A stretch of 64,000 bases of DNA from Hydrolagus colliei (lineage: Eukaryota): NCBI GenBank assembly GCA_035084275.1, contig CM068766.1:620001-684000 (forward strand), written 5' to 3'. Made by a program: the position numbers and the translations under genes. Each line of letters opens with the position of its first letter. Position 1 is the stretch's first letter. This document shows positions 1-13,671 of the stretch, piece after piece. The notes under the pieces are model-generated. The model was not told the origin of the DNA and ran no database searches. It was given only the letters and a program-made list of their open reading frames with translations.

Positions 1-349
1 CCACAGACTGAGCCGAGACACACTCCGGTTTCAGCCTCGCCTGCCGCGGTCAAACTTTCTCACACTGAGTCATGTTAGGTTCATGAGATTTTATTTTAAA
101 AGAAGTCCCATCTGATGAGACACTCTTTAAGGATGATAATTGTATGTTGGGGTGAGAGTGGGGGGGGGGTTTGGTTTTGCGTGGGTGGGGGGGAAAGGGA
201 AAAGTTCATCTGATGGGCAAAGGAAGCGGAGGTTGAAAGATTAGCGATTCGCACTTGGTGGTGGAATGTGTACGTGTAAATCAGAATCTCTTTTAAAGTT
301 GTTGTTTTTGTCGAGTTATTTGTGGAGGGGATTGGCTACGTACTCGAGT

Positions 350-712
350 CCTGGAGCTCAGTGGTTAGAGCGCTCGCCTCCTCTTACAAGCGACAAGACC
401 TGGGTTCGATTCCAGGCAGGTCAGGGCGAAACCGTGGGCAAGTTTCCTTACTCCACCCGCCTAGTAATAATAATAATAATAATAATCCCTCTGAGAGGAA
501 AAAAAGCTATAATAAATCGGTCATTTTCAATCCCCGACTGTTTGTGGGACATACGCTGCTGTACGCAATCGGCTGCCGCGTTTCGCCCACGTACAGACAG
601 TCAATCTACTTTACGGTTTATTCCGCGAAGCGCTTTGAGACGTCGATAGGATGCGAAAAGCCGCAACGTCGAATGCAGGGATTATTATTATTATTATTAT
701 TATTGTTATTAT
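350..712 (+). mobile_element. tRNA-derived SINE with Deu-SINE-like body and L2-type 3' tail, the dominant repeat family of the window
   Basis: A box (AGCTCAGTGGTTAGAGC), B box (GGTTCGATTCC), body GCTGCTGT..CAAT.GGCTGCCGCGTTTCGCCCAC, tail AAGCGCTTTGAGACG and (TTA)n end. Dozens of full or partial copies occur in the window. Confidence 0.9.
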
Positions 713-2917
713 TGCCAAAGGAAACATTTTGCAATGCGGTGGATAAGAGCGAGGCTGCTGGGTGAGTAGCTCTTTCAAAGAGGCCGGCACAGGCGCGATG
801 GGCCAAATGGCCTCCCTTCTGTGGTGTTGAGCCACTGGCTGCGATTTCCTGCTCCTTTCCCACTCTCCCGCGGCCAGTGATAAACTGTCCTCGCGTGGCT
901 GCCACTGAGGGTGGATTTGGGCTCTCCGCTCATCCTTCTCCCCTCTCCCTAACCCACCGCTGTGCTCGATTGACTGCCGCATTTCGCCCTCAAATAATGG
1001 TAGTAATATTACTCATAATCCTTGCATTTGACATAGCGCTTTTTCATGTCTTCTAGGCCACTTTCAAGGCCATTCTCGCCCTTGCCCCCCCCCCCGCCTA
1101 TCTCTCTGACCTGCTGTCTCCCTATTAGCCGCGCACACCCTCCGCTCAGCAGACTCAGGCCTGCTTCGCGTCCACCGCCCAACCATCGGCGGCCAGGCTT
1201 TCAGCCTCTCTGCCCCCACACTGTGGAACACCATCCCGCAGCCCCCCCCCCCCGTCGCTTCCTCCCTTTCCTCCATCAAGGCCGGTCTCAAGACCTTCCT
1301 CTTCGACCGCGCCTTCGGCTGCCCCACTAACTCTTCCCCCTCTCCCCCTCTCTTGTGTGTGTGTGTGCGTGCGTGTAGGGCTGTGTGCATTGCGCGAGCT
1401 CTCTCTCTCTCTCTCTTGTTTCACAGCAATGTGTACGTTAATTGGGGGCCAATGTACATTTTTAAGTCACTTGTGATTTAACCACGGAAGGGATGTCGTA
1501 ATTCCCAAGCGCGAGATACAAGGGTATGTTTTATTGTAACGAATTCTTGCACTTTGAACAGGCTTGAACTTTTATATCCCCGTCTGGCTCAGACACTGAA
1601 AGTCCTATCTAATTGGGTGGTGGGAGGGGGGGGGCAGGTGTGAATTTATTTGGCAATTGGGGAAGTTGGTGGTGAGAGGGAGGGAGGGAGGGAGGGGGTT
1701 GGGAGGTGAGTGTGGGGGGGGGGAGGGGGGAGAGAGAGAGAGAGAGAGAGAGAGCAATAGCCCCTGTACTCCAGCAATGACGGAGAGTGCCTCAATTCAT
1801 GTCACCCGTGTCCAGACTGACTGATGTGGTTTATTGAAAAATAACAGAGTCTCATTGTCTGCAGTCGGGGGGGTTGTTCAATTATTCTCTTGTTACTACA
1901 TTTGTAGAGTCTAGTTTCAGGGAGTCTGACGCACAGGGCTGTTCTGTCTCAGTCCTAACACAGATGCTTTCTCCCACCCCCCACCCCCTCACCCACCCCC
2001 CGCCCCCCACCCACCCACATCTTGTACTTGGGGGAAAATCTACTGTGGGTGAAGCTGGCAAAGGGGGAAAGAAAGAATAATTGCCCTTTACATGTTCACT
2101 GTCTGCCCCCGTAACTCGACTCTTATGTTAAATGCGAGTTTATGTTTATTCTTTAATCGTCACCTTTGGATGGAGCTGCGATGCTGGACATCACTAATTC
2201 GAAGGCAACGTGGAGTTTTATCTCCACCCGCGTGTGTACAACTCACACTTCCCTCTCGGTGGTTAGCGCACGCGCCTGACAAGCGGTGAGACCCGTGTTC
2301 GGATCCAGGCAGGTCAGGGCCAAACCGTGGGCAAGTTTCCTCACTCCACACTCCAAAAACGGGAATAAAATTGGTCATTTCAATCCGCCTTTCGCCCACA
2401 AATATACAGTCGATTCACCACTTTACAGTATATTCTGTGAAGCGCTTTGAGACGTCGATAAGATGTGAAAAACGCGGATGTCAAACGCGAGGATTATTAT
2501 TATTATTACTATTATTTTTTAACCCCCAGATTCATGCGATTGCTACTCAGCTATCTGTTTTGAATGTTTGTGTAATATTTTGCATGTGGGAGATTTTAGG
2601 TTTGGAATAGAGTTTACTTTGCTAGCCTTCAAAAGACACACTGTGCAGTATATCCTGTGAAGCGCTTTGCGATGTCCCTCCTACTATTCTTATTGTTACA
2701 ATAATAACAGTAGGGTTTCTAGCTCCCAATAATTTGCCGTTTCGTCTCATGTTTAATGCATTTTTCCTTCCCCTTCTTTTTCGGAGAACTTTGCCCTTTC
2801 ATAAGCTCTTTCCGCTTGAGTCAACCAGCATCAGTCAGCTGTCTGTTATGATTTACTTCCAATCCTAAAGCGTGAGATCAGACTGACTCCCCAATTCGAT
2901 AAAGCAAGTGGAGTCGT

Positions 2918-3185
2918 GGAGTCCTGTAGCCCAGTGGGTTAGACAAGCGTGAGACCTGTGTTTCGAATCCAGGCAGGTCAGGGCGAAAGCTTGGGCAAGT
3001 TTCCTTACTCCGCACGCCTAAGAATAATCCGTTCAATAATAAATTGGTCATTTCAATCCACAATTGGCTGCCGCGTTTCACCCACAAATATACAGTCAAT
3101 TCATCATTACAGTATATTCTGTGAAGCGCTTTGAGACGCCTGAAAGACGCGAAAAGCGCCATATCAAGTGCAAGGATGATTTATT
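2918..3185 (+). mobile_element. SINE copy, same family
   Basis: Head, internally deleted body and tail match the family. Confidence 0.85.
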
Positions 3186-3987
3186 AAAACTTAACTCGTT
3201 TTAACGTTGAACTGAACGCAGTTTAGGCGCTGATCGGCTAACCTCCAGTGAAATGGGGACTGTAAGAATAAAAGAGCAACATGCTTTGCCTTCAGAAGGA
3301 CATCTCAAAGCGCTTAACAGTTACTGTAGGAAACACCGAGGAGGAGGAGGAGGAGGAAGGAAGGGCATGACCAAATATATGTATGAAGAGTTTTTTTGAG
3401 CAGTTGTTTTTTCGAAGCCTGGTGAAGAGGAAGCAAAGTGAGTGATTTTTGTGAGAGAGTTTCGGAGAGCATATCGTGTGAATTTTTTTCCTGATAGGTG
3501 TCCCAATCTTCTTGCTTCCGCTGCTACCCCCCCCAAAATTGTGAGAGTGATTTTTATTTTGATAGGTCAGGGAATTAAGGGATATGGGGAGAAAACCATG
3601 ATCTAATCAGCGTCTTGGGACATCCTGCTGACGTGAAAATGTAATTTTGTTGGTGTTGTAATTCAATGTCATTTTGTTGTTGTTGTTGTTGTTGTAATTA
3701 AACGGTGGAACAGGCTTGAAGGGCTAAAACTGAGATGCAGTTTGCAGGTTCCAACGATCTTGTCCATTACCCCCAAACGGCTGATTCTTTGGCCTCGAAA
3801 ATGTTTGCGTAGTTTCTTCAGCCGTGAGGCTGGCGCGCGTCTCGGTTCAAATCTTCTCCCTTGCCTCGCGTGCAACCACTAAAGGAACGGTTCTATATGC
3901 AACTGTCGATTCTAAATTCGATCTTCCCCTAGGTAGGAATTCTTCAAACCCACTGCTGCCAAATGCACCTTCTACCTTTCCTTTCAG

Positions 3988-6197
3988 GAGCTGGAGAAGC
4001 TCGGCCTGGGTGAGGACGTGGACCTGTTCGTGTACGAGATCCCAGTGGACTACCAGAAGGTCCTCGATTTGATCCCCTCGCTGTGGAAGCGTCACAACCC
4101 TCAGGTCAGGTTGCTTTCCTCGCGGCTGGATCTCATTGCATCTCATCAGGAATTATTGTGTGTTGAAGTACCTGTCCCGTGCCAATGGAGGGAGCAGTCG
4201 TACACAATATAATACTCTACAGGACAGTATAATAATCCTTGCGTTTGATATAGTGCGTCTTCTGGACGTCTCAAAGCGCTTCGCAGAATATACTGTCAAG
4301 TGAATTGACTGTCTACTTGTGGGCGAAACGCGGCAGCCAATTTGCGCACGGCAGCGTCCCCACAAGCAGTCATGGATTGAAATGACAAGTTGTATTATGG
4401 TTGCTAACGTGCGTTAATCTGGATCACAGACACCAAATGGGACTTGGAGGGCTAATTCTCTGTCCAAATCCCTCTCTCTCGTGGGTTTATCGGTTCTAAA
4501 GTNNNNNNNNNNNNNNNNNNNNNNNNNNNNNNNNNNNNNNNNNNNNNNNNNNNNNNNNNNNNNNNNNNNNNNNNNNNNNNNNNNNNNNNNNNNNNNNNNN
4601 NNNNNNNNNNNNNNNNNNNNNNNNNNNNNNNNNNNNNNNNNNNNNNNNNNNNNNNNNNNNNNNNNNNNNNNNNCAGCGAGGGAGGGAGGGAATTAATTAA
4701 TTTCTGAATTGATTTCGGGCATCTCTGCCCCCGAACGTGGAAAAAAAATAATCTAGATACCGCACATCTATTTTCTCCATTCCCTACACTTCTTTCAGCT
4801 GTTCATCCACGTGGGGGTTTCGGGAATGTCCACCACCGTAACCCTGGAGAAATGCGGCCGCAACCAGGGCTACAAAGGTTTGGACAACCAGTGTTATTGC
4901 CCGGACACCCACTGCTGTATACAGGGAGGGCCCGACTGCCTGGAGTCCGTGGTCGACATGGACGTCGTCTGCAACAGAATCGCGGCCCCACAGCTTGATG
5001 TCGTCTTTTCCGTCTCCAAGGACGCGGGAAGGTACGGAGCTGTAAGATAAGACAAAACTGGGTGGGTGGGGGGGGGGGGGGATTTTGAGCAGTTCCCCCC
5101 GAAATTCTGAGCACGGGTTAAAACTATAAATCGGTCGGCGATATTTCTGTTGGGAGTGCTTCCGTTGCTTTATCGTTAATAATCACGGCATTCGATGTGG
5201 CGCCTTTTCACGTCTCCGAGACAACAACAACAACAACTTTGATTTGCATAGTGGCGCCCTCACTCCACGCCGGACGGCGTCTCAGAGCGCTTCGCGGCAG
5301 CGGTTCCCGGGCCCGAGACGGGGATGGGAAGGTGACCAAAGGGCGCGGTCGAAGAGAAAGGTCTTTGGCTGAGACTCGAAGCTGAGAAGAGAGGGCGGGG
5401 GGTGGGGGGGGGGGGGGGGGGGGGGGGCGAGGCAAAGACGCCTCAACGCGCTTCACAGGATAGACTGCAAAGTGATCGGGTTTGCGCTCTTTGTGGGCGA
5501 AACGCAGCAGCCAACTGTGCACGGCAGTGGTCACACAAACAGTCGTGGACCGAAGTGATAAACTTGTTGTCATTTTGTTTTTGGAAAGGGATTACCCCCC
5601 CCCCCCCCCCCCCCCAGGGAAATTTACAATTGACATAACAACTTGACAACCGCTAAGTAAAGGTGTGGAGAGAGGAAACTTGCCCACTTGCGCACAGCAG
5701 TGTCCCCCATAAACAGTCGTGGATTGAAATGTATTATTGTTTTGTTTGAGGGATTATTATTAGATGTGTGTGTGTGTGTGGGGGGGAGTAAGGAAACTTG
5801 CCCAAGGTTTCTCCCTGACCTGCCTGGATTCGAAACACGGGTCTCTCACGCTTGTTCAGGCGAGCGCTCTGACCACTGAGCCACAGGACTCCGCGAATCA
5901 CGTTTTCCACCTAAACCCCGACGTCGTTGATATTCCAACAGCGTTCATTTTTGTCCCAAAAAATATAGAAACTGATGGCCGTTTTTCTCACGTTGTACCG
6001 ATAGATACCTGTGTGACTTTACGTACTATACCTCCCTCCACCTGAGCCACGGAAAATCGGCGTTCGTCCACGTACCTCCTCTGGGAAAGCCGTACTCCGC
6101 CGAACAGCTGGGCGTGGCGCTGCAGACCATCGTCCGGGAGATGCTGAACGTTCTCGAGCATTCGTCGGCGAAGATAAATTGCAAAATGCATCACTGA
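3988..6197 (+). CDS. PGPEP1: Pyroglutamyl-peptidase I, last three coding exons: 3988-4104, 4799-5031, 6005-6197 (stop TGA). 5' exons not found in the window.
   Basis: Spliced translation ELEKLGLGEDVDLFVYEIPVDYQKVLDLIPSLWKRHNPQ|LFIHVGVSGMSTTVTLEKCGRNQGYKGLDN...SKDAGR|YLCDFTYYTSLHLSHGKSAFVHVPPLGKPYSAEQLGVALQTIVREMLNVLEHSSAKINCKMHH*. AG/GT boundaries are canonical and in frame. The peptidase C15 catalytic Glu (TLEK), Cys (AGRYLCD) and His (FVHVP) are all present. Confidence 0.96.
4503..4673. other. Assembly gap (N run)
   Basis: N bases. Confidence 1.
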
Positions 6198-6796
6198 GTG
6201 CGGAAAGCAATAACCCGACGCACACTTTTTGTTTCGCTTTTGGGGGGTTTGTTCGTTTGCTTTCCCTTTTTTTTCCCTACCCACTGCACCTCCCACAACC
6301 CCTCCCCGCTCCGTCAACCCCACCACCCCCCCAATCAAAAGAAAATTAACTCAAAAGTACGACTTTGGCTACCAAAGCTGCGGCTTGGTTGGACCTCCTG
6401 TGTGTGTGTGTTTTTTTCCGTGGTTGCCGAGCAGTCGGGGAGGGGTTGAGATTGCATCCGACGCCCTTGCGTTCTTTTCCTTTCGACGGCTCACACTCAT
6501 CACGACTCTTTTAAACCGTCGCCTGCTTCAAAAGCGTGGTTTGCCGAAGAGCTAGTTGAAGAGCTCGCTTGGCTTGCATCACTCTCACTCCTCTTGCCAC
6601 CCGGGGCCACGCTGCCCTGTGCGGATTTTACTTAACGACAAAGATGAGGCCATTTTCTATTCGAAAGTTGTTGTTTTTCTTCTTCTGACACGAAAAAGTG
6701 CCGGATAATGTTTGTCCCGTGATCTTTGTTAAACCTGGAATATTTCTTTTTTTCCTCTACCCTTGTTGGCTTTGACTGTGTGTGTGTGTGTCTCTC

Positions 6797-6839
<43 letters not shown>

Positions 6840-9800
6840 ACATCTAAGTGTGTGTGTCTTTCCCTGCGTGCGCGCGTGTGTGTCTTGCCTTTTTTCTCTC
6901 TTTCTTGCGGAAAGAAGATATTAAAGTCTGAAGGAGGCAGGGGGTCATTAAAGTAGAATTCTAAATTGAACCTCCTCCGGGAGTGCGACCGATTTGAAAG
7001 CCCTTCTGGCTAGAGAAGCACTTAGACATTTAATGACTTAAAAGCCTGTATGTGTATGCAACATTTGACTTGCTTTGTGATAACGTAGCCACTAGATCTT
7101 GTATTGCTTTACCTAGCGTAGACCAAGCTGTGAGACAGATAAAGGTAACTAGCGTGAAAGCATTAAACACAGATATTATATATATATATATATGTTAACT
7201 GGTTAACACGGTGAGTCTTTGACTGACACTCGGATCATAGGCTGGGATTGCCAGCGTTTCCTGATCCTCAAAACACTAGAATCCCATTTCACAGAGCCGC
7301 CCCGCGCTAGTGATGATGTTGGTGTGGAGGTGATTAACTTGTGAGTTTCTTAATTAATAACGAAACAATACATTTTGGCGAGTGCCAGCTGCTTGGTGCG
7401 AGTCTATTTTTAGCCGACGCAACATCCAAGATGCTAACGCTAACCGTGTTTTGTGCAAGTATTAATCCCACAGTGCCAAGCGCAGGTAACAAGTCCCCAT
7501 ATTGTGGCTTAACTTGGGGAGGGATGGTGGGGGGTGGGGGTGGGGGCATTATACTTGTTTCTGGACTGTAGCTACCACAAGTAGGTCAGTTCTGAACTGA
7601 TTTGCGTGGTAGGGTATTAAGTTATGTTTGCCTCGAGGGCCCAAAGCCATGATTGTTGGGAGCTGTGATGTGAGGGTTTGACGGAGAAATATGCTCTCAA
7701 TTGATTTCCGATTGGCAGAGAGAAAGAAAATGAATCGATCTTAGACAGGATTTGATTAGAACCAGTTTTTTTTAAAGGATAACGTTAGGTCTTATTAGGT
7801 GTTAAATAACAGTTGTTGTTATTGACTTTGGTTTTCTCTCTCTTGTCTATCGCTAGATTCTGACAGCGAAGTGTAAATATTATCTTGCTGGGAAACACTT
7901 AGACCCGGAGTTGGAATGCTGCCCTAATCGTTCGTTTAAATAAAGTGCGTTGCTGTGTGAACCTTGCTGATTGGACCCTACTACATAGTCAGTGGGATTG
8001 CTTATCTTCTGAGAGGATCGATCAATCAAAACTTATATAGTGCCTTTCACGTCGAGAGGACGTCCCAAGGCGCTGTTCAGTTAGGTAGGGACAAGAGCAG
8101 GGGTGGGAGGGTTGTGTGTGTGAAGGAGAGCAGGAAAGCCGACTGTATATTTGTGGGTGAAACGCGGCAGCCAAATTGCGCACAGCAGCGTCCCGCAAAC
8201 AGTCGCGGAAATGGGGCCAGGGGAGAAAGGGGGAAAAGAGGGTAAGGGGGGAGAGGGAGGGAAAGGTGGGGTGGGGTAAAGTCAGGGAGGGAGAAAGGGG
8301 GAGAGAGAGAGAGGGGGGGGGAAAGGTGGAGTAATCGCTAAACGTGAGAAACTTATGGCACCAGGATACGAGAAGGGGAACATGTGAACTTGACTATTGT
8401 AGTATCTGGGGGTTTCAGATCGATTCTCTCTCTTTCTCACTTTCCCGATCAGTTCTGTGAGGTTTGCCAATGTGTGGAGGACGGGAGGGAGGTCGAGATA
8501 GAGAACCATAGCAAAATAGAAAGAGAGAGAAAAAAATAAAGAGGGTGTAACGAAACGACGGTTACGGTAAGGGTACCTGGTCTGTACAAGAAATGAACTT
8601 GTGTGATTACTTGCACTGGGAGACATTCCCAAGTGTGCGTGTGTGTGTTTTTTGCTGTATTCACTCGCATGTCTCATCCAACAAATTGCTTACAATGCAA
8701 TTGTCTTTTTGTTTGTACATTTGTAGGGGGAAGGGGTGGGGATGAGGGTTGCGATTGAGTTGTGGCTGAAGGCCACGGTGGAACGGAGGATTCGGGGGCC
8801 AAGGAGGAGGCCAGACCCAGTAGAGCGAAGGCAATGGGTACTGTTGTGAGGAGGTCAGAGAGGTAGGGGGTGCGGAGAAATTGAGTGATTTATCTTCCAT
8901 CAGAAGGGAGTCCTCGTGGGAAGCATGTTAACCATAACTTCCATAAAACGAAGGATGGGGTTTTATTAAAGAAAATCATTGGGATTGATAGATTTTTCTT
9001 TTTGTGCGTGTATGTGTTTTTTATTCAGCCTTTATTGTACAAAGAGGCTTCGGTGAAATGATTCGAATCTGCAATCTCCTCTGAAGCAGAAACATCATCT
9101 CCTTTCACTCTGCATTACTGTGAATTGGTCAAAGTCTACTGTCCTCGGAATAAGAATTGGCTTTGTTTTCTTTCTCTCTCTCATCTTGAGAACAAGGTGT
9201 TCTTTTAGTTTTGAGTCAAGGTTAAGGTACTTGAGAACCATCTCGGAGATGGTTCCTGACTGAGACTCTCAAGTGTGCTGCTAGAGTGTACTCCTGTTTT
9301 GCATGGTTTTACGTTGTGTCGCTGTGTATTGAAGGAACTAAGAGGTTGGAGAGAAAAGACGACAGAGATTGATGAAGGTCAAAGGAATGGGTAGGAAGTG
9401 ATTTGAGTGGTCTGGTATTTTGTTTGGTGGATGAAACTGGTGGGTGAGGGTATGTTGATTTGGGGAGAAGCAATGGAAGTGGGAAACGGGTAGCGATTGG
9501 AGTAGGGTTGGATGAGGTGTGTGGAGAAGACCATTGATGAGATTGTGCCAATGGGCGATGGAATTGTGGGCAAAGGGATTGAGGGAATGGTGGAGCCAGT
9601 GAATAGTGGTTCGTTGAAATGCGTTTCAATAAAATAGGTGGACTATGTTAAGTTTGACCGTATGTCTTTGTGTTCTGAAGATGCCTCTTAACTATTAATG
9701 CGTTTGCTAAAGAACTGAAACCCTCCTTTTATTGGGGAATGGAATCAAGCGTTAGCAAAACCCCTCTTTTTTTCAGGGGATGGGACGGAAACCTGGGTCC

Positions 9801-10856
9801 AAAAATGTCATGTTTCTGCCAACTACAGGAATTCCCGCGTGAAGTAAGTTTGGAAACGTCTCAACCCAAGTAGCTAGTGTCTTGAGCAAAGCCACTCGAG
9901 GATTGGTTAGTAAATGAGTAACCCGACATCACGAGATTGATTGGTGTGAAAATGTGAAACGCCATATGATGGTGACAAAGAGGGCGATGTTGGGGGTTAG
10001 ATTAGTGCTGAGGCATGTTTTTTGAGCTGGTGTAAAAAGGACCTTTAACCTGTGCTGCACTGGTTTTCAGAAAGCCTCGGTGTCTACATAGGATAGGACA
10101 ACCAGACAGGGGGATAGAGGAGGCAAAATGATTCCTTTCGCATGAGCCCTTTGCCTCGGGTAGAAAAACTGCCAAACATTAAATGTCACCCAACGAGACG
10201 ACGACAAGGGATTGTGTGATAGGGTTCCAAAGGGTAGGGCAGAGAGGCTGAAGGCCTGACTGCTGATACGAAGGTAGGTAGGATTTATTGCATACAGCAG
10301 TTAATCTGTCAGGAAGAACCTCACACGGAGATTCCAGCTTTAAACAACGTCACTGTCGCCACTGTAAACAGCACTGATCTTATTTTGGGGGTGTTTTTTA
10401 AATGTCTGTCGAATGCCCACTAATCAGCCACTGAAGGGCAAAACGAATGTTCAGTGGATCACGGGGACTCGAAGAGCGACGGGCACATCATTATAGGAAT
10501 AAACAGAAGGTGCTACTCTTGTGTCCAGCACTTGAAACAGTTGAGTTTCCCCCCAATAACTGCTTCAGGTTGATGTATTTTCTTTTTTAAAAAAAAAAGA
10601 TCAGTCGCAAAGCCATGTGAAATCCGCTAGGAAGTGTGTTTTATATTATTAATGATGTGTCGGGAGAGAAAAGGTTGATTTTTTTTCTTTTTTAACTGTA
10701 GTTATTTGAGGAAAATACTGTAGTTATTTGAGGAAAAACATTTATTACAAAAAAAAATTACTAATCTACCTTGGGTCAACCCAAGGTAAAGAAATAGTTC
10801 TTAAAGGGAAGGGGAGGGGGAGGATAAATGTGCAAATTTGTCTTTTTTTATATAAA

Positions 10857-10862
10857 AAATAA
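10857..10862 (+). terminator. Candidate distal polyadenylation signal of PGPEP1 (another AATAAA at 7939-7944)
   Basis: AATAAA at the end of an AT-rich, SINE-poor stretch typical of a long 3' UTR. Confidence 0.35.
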
Positions 10863-10896
10863 AAATCAGATAAACTTTCAAAAATGCTTGTGTATT

Positions 10897-11193
10897 TAAT
10901 AATAATGATCCTTGCGTTTGATATAGCGCTTTTCACATCTTATATCTCAAAGCGCTTCATGGAATATACTGTAAAGTAAATTGACGGTATATTTGTGGGC
11001 GAAACGCAACAGCCAATTGCGCACAGCAGTGTTCCCCCACAAACAGTCGTGGATTGAAATGACCAATTTTATTACCGTGGCGGTTTTTCTTTGCGGATTA
11101 TTATTAGGCGCGTGCGTGGAGTAAGGAAACTTGCCCAGGGTTTCGCCCTGACCTGCCTGGATGCGAACACAAGTCTCACGCTTGTAAGGCGAG
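10897..11193 (-). mobile_element. SINE copy, same family
   Basis: Reverse complement of the family sequence. Confidence 0.85.
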
Positions 11194-12511
11194 TGATTTC
11201 TTTCCGAACCGAGAATAAAGCTTTTGGAAGAACGCCGTCTCTGTCCAGGTCACAGCTCTCCAACCTCAGGGTTCACTCACTGCATGTCGATTTTAAAAGT
11301 AACTAAATGACGGTAATCCCGGCATTTGATACAGTGCTTCTCAGAAGTAATAGGGTTTTTTTTAGCGCCCCAAATCGCTGGTCTCTGTGTTGAAATCTTT
11401 CACCAAAATCTCACACACAGTGAGAGCTCAATTCAATCAAGTTCCATTCATTTGTCCAAAAGAGTACACAATATTTTTTATTTTCAGGCAATTACAAAAC
11501 CTATATCTATCAATCAATCCAAACTTACATTTATATAGCCCCTTTCACGTCGAGAGGACGTCCCAAGGCGTTGTATAGTTAGGTAGGGACAAGAGCAGGG
11601 TGGGGGTGGGAAGGGTCGGGGGAGGATGAAGAAGAGTTGGAAAATTGACTGTATATTTGTGGGCGAAACACGGCGGCCAAATTCCTCCTTCAAAGAGGAA
11701 GAGGGTGGAGTAAGGGAGGTAAGGAGGGAAAGGTGGGTGGGGGGCACGATCGGGGAGAAAGGGAGGTAAGAGGGAGGCAAGGGGAAAAGGGGGGAGAGAA
11801 AGTGGGGAAAGAGTGAGGGAAGAAGAATCTTTTAAGACTAAACGTCACAAAATGCTTTACAAAATACAAAATACAAATACAAAATACAGATGAAATAGAA
11901 ACTAAACTACTCTTGTTTTCGCAAAAGAAATACTTTTCGGATTCTACAATAAGTGCAAGTTGTTGTTGCAATCTCCCCCCCCTACTGTTTTTATAATAGT
12001 AATAATCCTTATATTTGATATAGCACTGTTCTGGTCTTCTAGACGTCTCCAAGCGCTTCACAGAATATACTGTAAAGTGAATTGACTGTATATTTTTGGG
12101 CGAACGCGGCAACCAATTGCGCACAGCAGCTTCCCCACGAATAGTCGTGGATTGGAATGACCAATTTAAAAATTAGTTTTTCAAAGGGATCAGTTTTCTA
12201 AGTACTGAATTAACTAGTTGGTGAACAGGAGAGTGAGAGATTTTGAAACCAGTCGAGTTTTTGACTTTGAAACCAGCCTCAGTACCTAACAATTAATTGT
12301 TATTGCTGTGGGTAGAGGAACAAACACTGACTTTATATAAAAAAAACACTTGCCCCTAAATGCTGCTCTTTCCCTTGGTTGCTTTCTCTCTCTCTCTCTC
12401 TCACACTCTCGCTCCTAATTACAACTCCCAGTTTGTCGAAAAGTTGCTATACTAATAATCCTTGCATTTGATATAGCGCTTTCCACATCTTATCAACGTC
12501 CCAAAGCGCTT

Positions 12512-12965
12512 CAACAACAACAACAACTTTGACTTATATAGCCCCCTCCACGCCCGATGGCGTCTCAGAGCGCTTCTCAGTAGCGGATCCCGGGACCGAG
12601 CCAGGGGCAGGGGCAGGAAGGTGACCGAAAGCTCGGTCGAAGAGAAAGGTCTTCAACTGTGACCTGAAGCTGGGAAGAGAGGGGGCGAGGCGAAGCGAGT
12701 GAGGAAGGGAGTTCCAGAGCCTCGGGGCGTAATGGCTAAAGGCACGGCCGCCGAGGGTGGAGCGGAGGACTCGGGGGAGACATGGAGGAGGTCAGACCCA
12801 GAGGAGCGAAGGCAGCGGGTGCTGGGTTGGGGGGAGAGGAGATCAGAGAGATCAGGGGGTGCAGAGGAGTGGAGAGATTTGAAAACAAGGGTGAGGATCT
12901 TGAAGTCGATCCTCTCTCTGGGATAGGGAGGCAATGAAGTCTGGCAAGGACTGGGGTAATGGGGG
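12512..12965 (-). mobile_element. L2-clade LINE 3' fragment
   Basis: Encodes the ORF2 C-terminus RIDFKILTLVFKSLH..APPDLSDLL...LKTFLFDRAFG, followed by a tail ending (GTT)n. Similar fragments at ~1090-1345, 5220-5400, 21885-22225, 26718-26872, 27530-27915, 30365-30565, 35765-35975, 36265-36575, 45350-45570 and 45825-46060. Confidence 0.85.
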
Positions 12966-13671
12966 AGCTAAGCTTAGAGCGGGTGAGTATGCTTCACAGA
13001 ATATACTGTAATATACTGTAAAGTGAATTGACTGTATATATTTGTGGGCGAATCACGGCAGCAAATTGCAGTGTCCCACACACAGTCGTGGATTGTGTTT
13101 TTTTTTGAGAGATTATTATTAGGCGTGTGTGTGGTGTGTGTGTGTGTGGTGTGTGTGGTGTGTGTGGAGTAAGGAAACTTGCCCAAGGTTTTGCCCTGAC
13201 CTGCCTGGATTCGAACACAGGTCTCCCCAGCTTGGTCTCCCCAGCCTGCCAGACAAGTGCTCTAACCACTGAGCCACAGGAGCTCCACATCATATTGCTA
13301 TAATGCTTGTGTGCTAGTGTGACTTATCAATTAAAAAGTGGTTGTGAACAGTGTTTCACTTGAGTTTAAAGGAAGGTCTGAGTGAAGTCACTAGTGTGTA
13401 ATAGGATGAGCACGGAAACTGGGAATGAACTGCAAAGTGGGGTTTGGTTGTTGCTGCTGTTGAAGTCTTTTCAACCTTGTTCTCCCACAAGCTGCAAAAT
13501 GAACATCACATCAGTCGCATCGCTGTGCGTCTTTCGTGGCAGGAGGGACGTCACAAAGCGTTGCTTCTTTGACCCTACGGGGAGAAAGCGATACATTCCA
13601 GAGCGAACCGTTCCAACAGCGGCTGAAATTTATTGGTAAAAGATCCGGGTTGTAAATCGCCGAACTCACCT

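Noticed and set aside
266-765. Overlapping ORFs of 127-147 aa and many similar short ORFs across the window
   Set aside because: They are translations of SINE, L2 and microsatellite sequence, with recurrent peptides such as YSVKRFETS and poly-N/I/L.
1-3987. PGPEP1 first coding exons (VVVTGFGPFG...ASWIAVQ)
   Set aside because: Not found by eye; probably upstream of the window.
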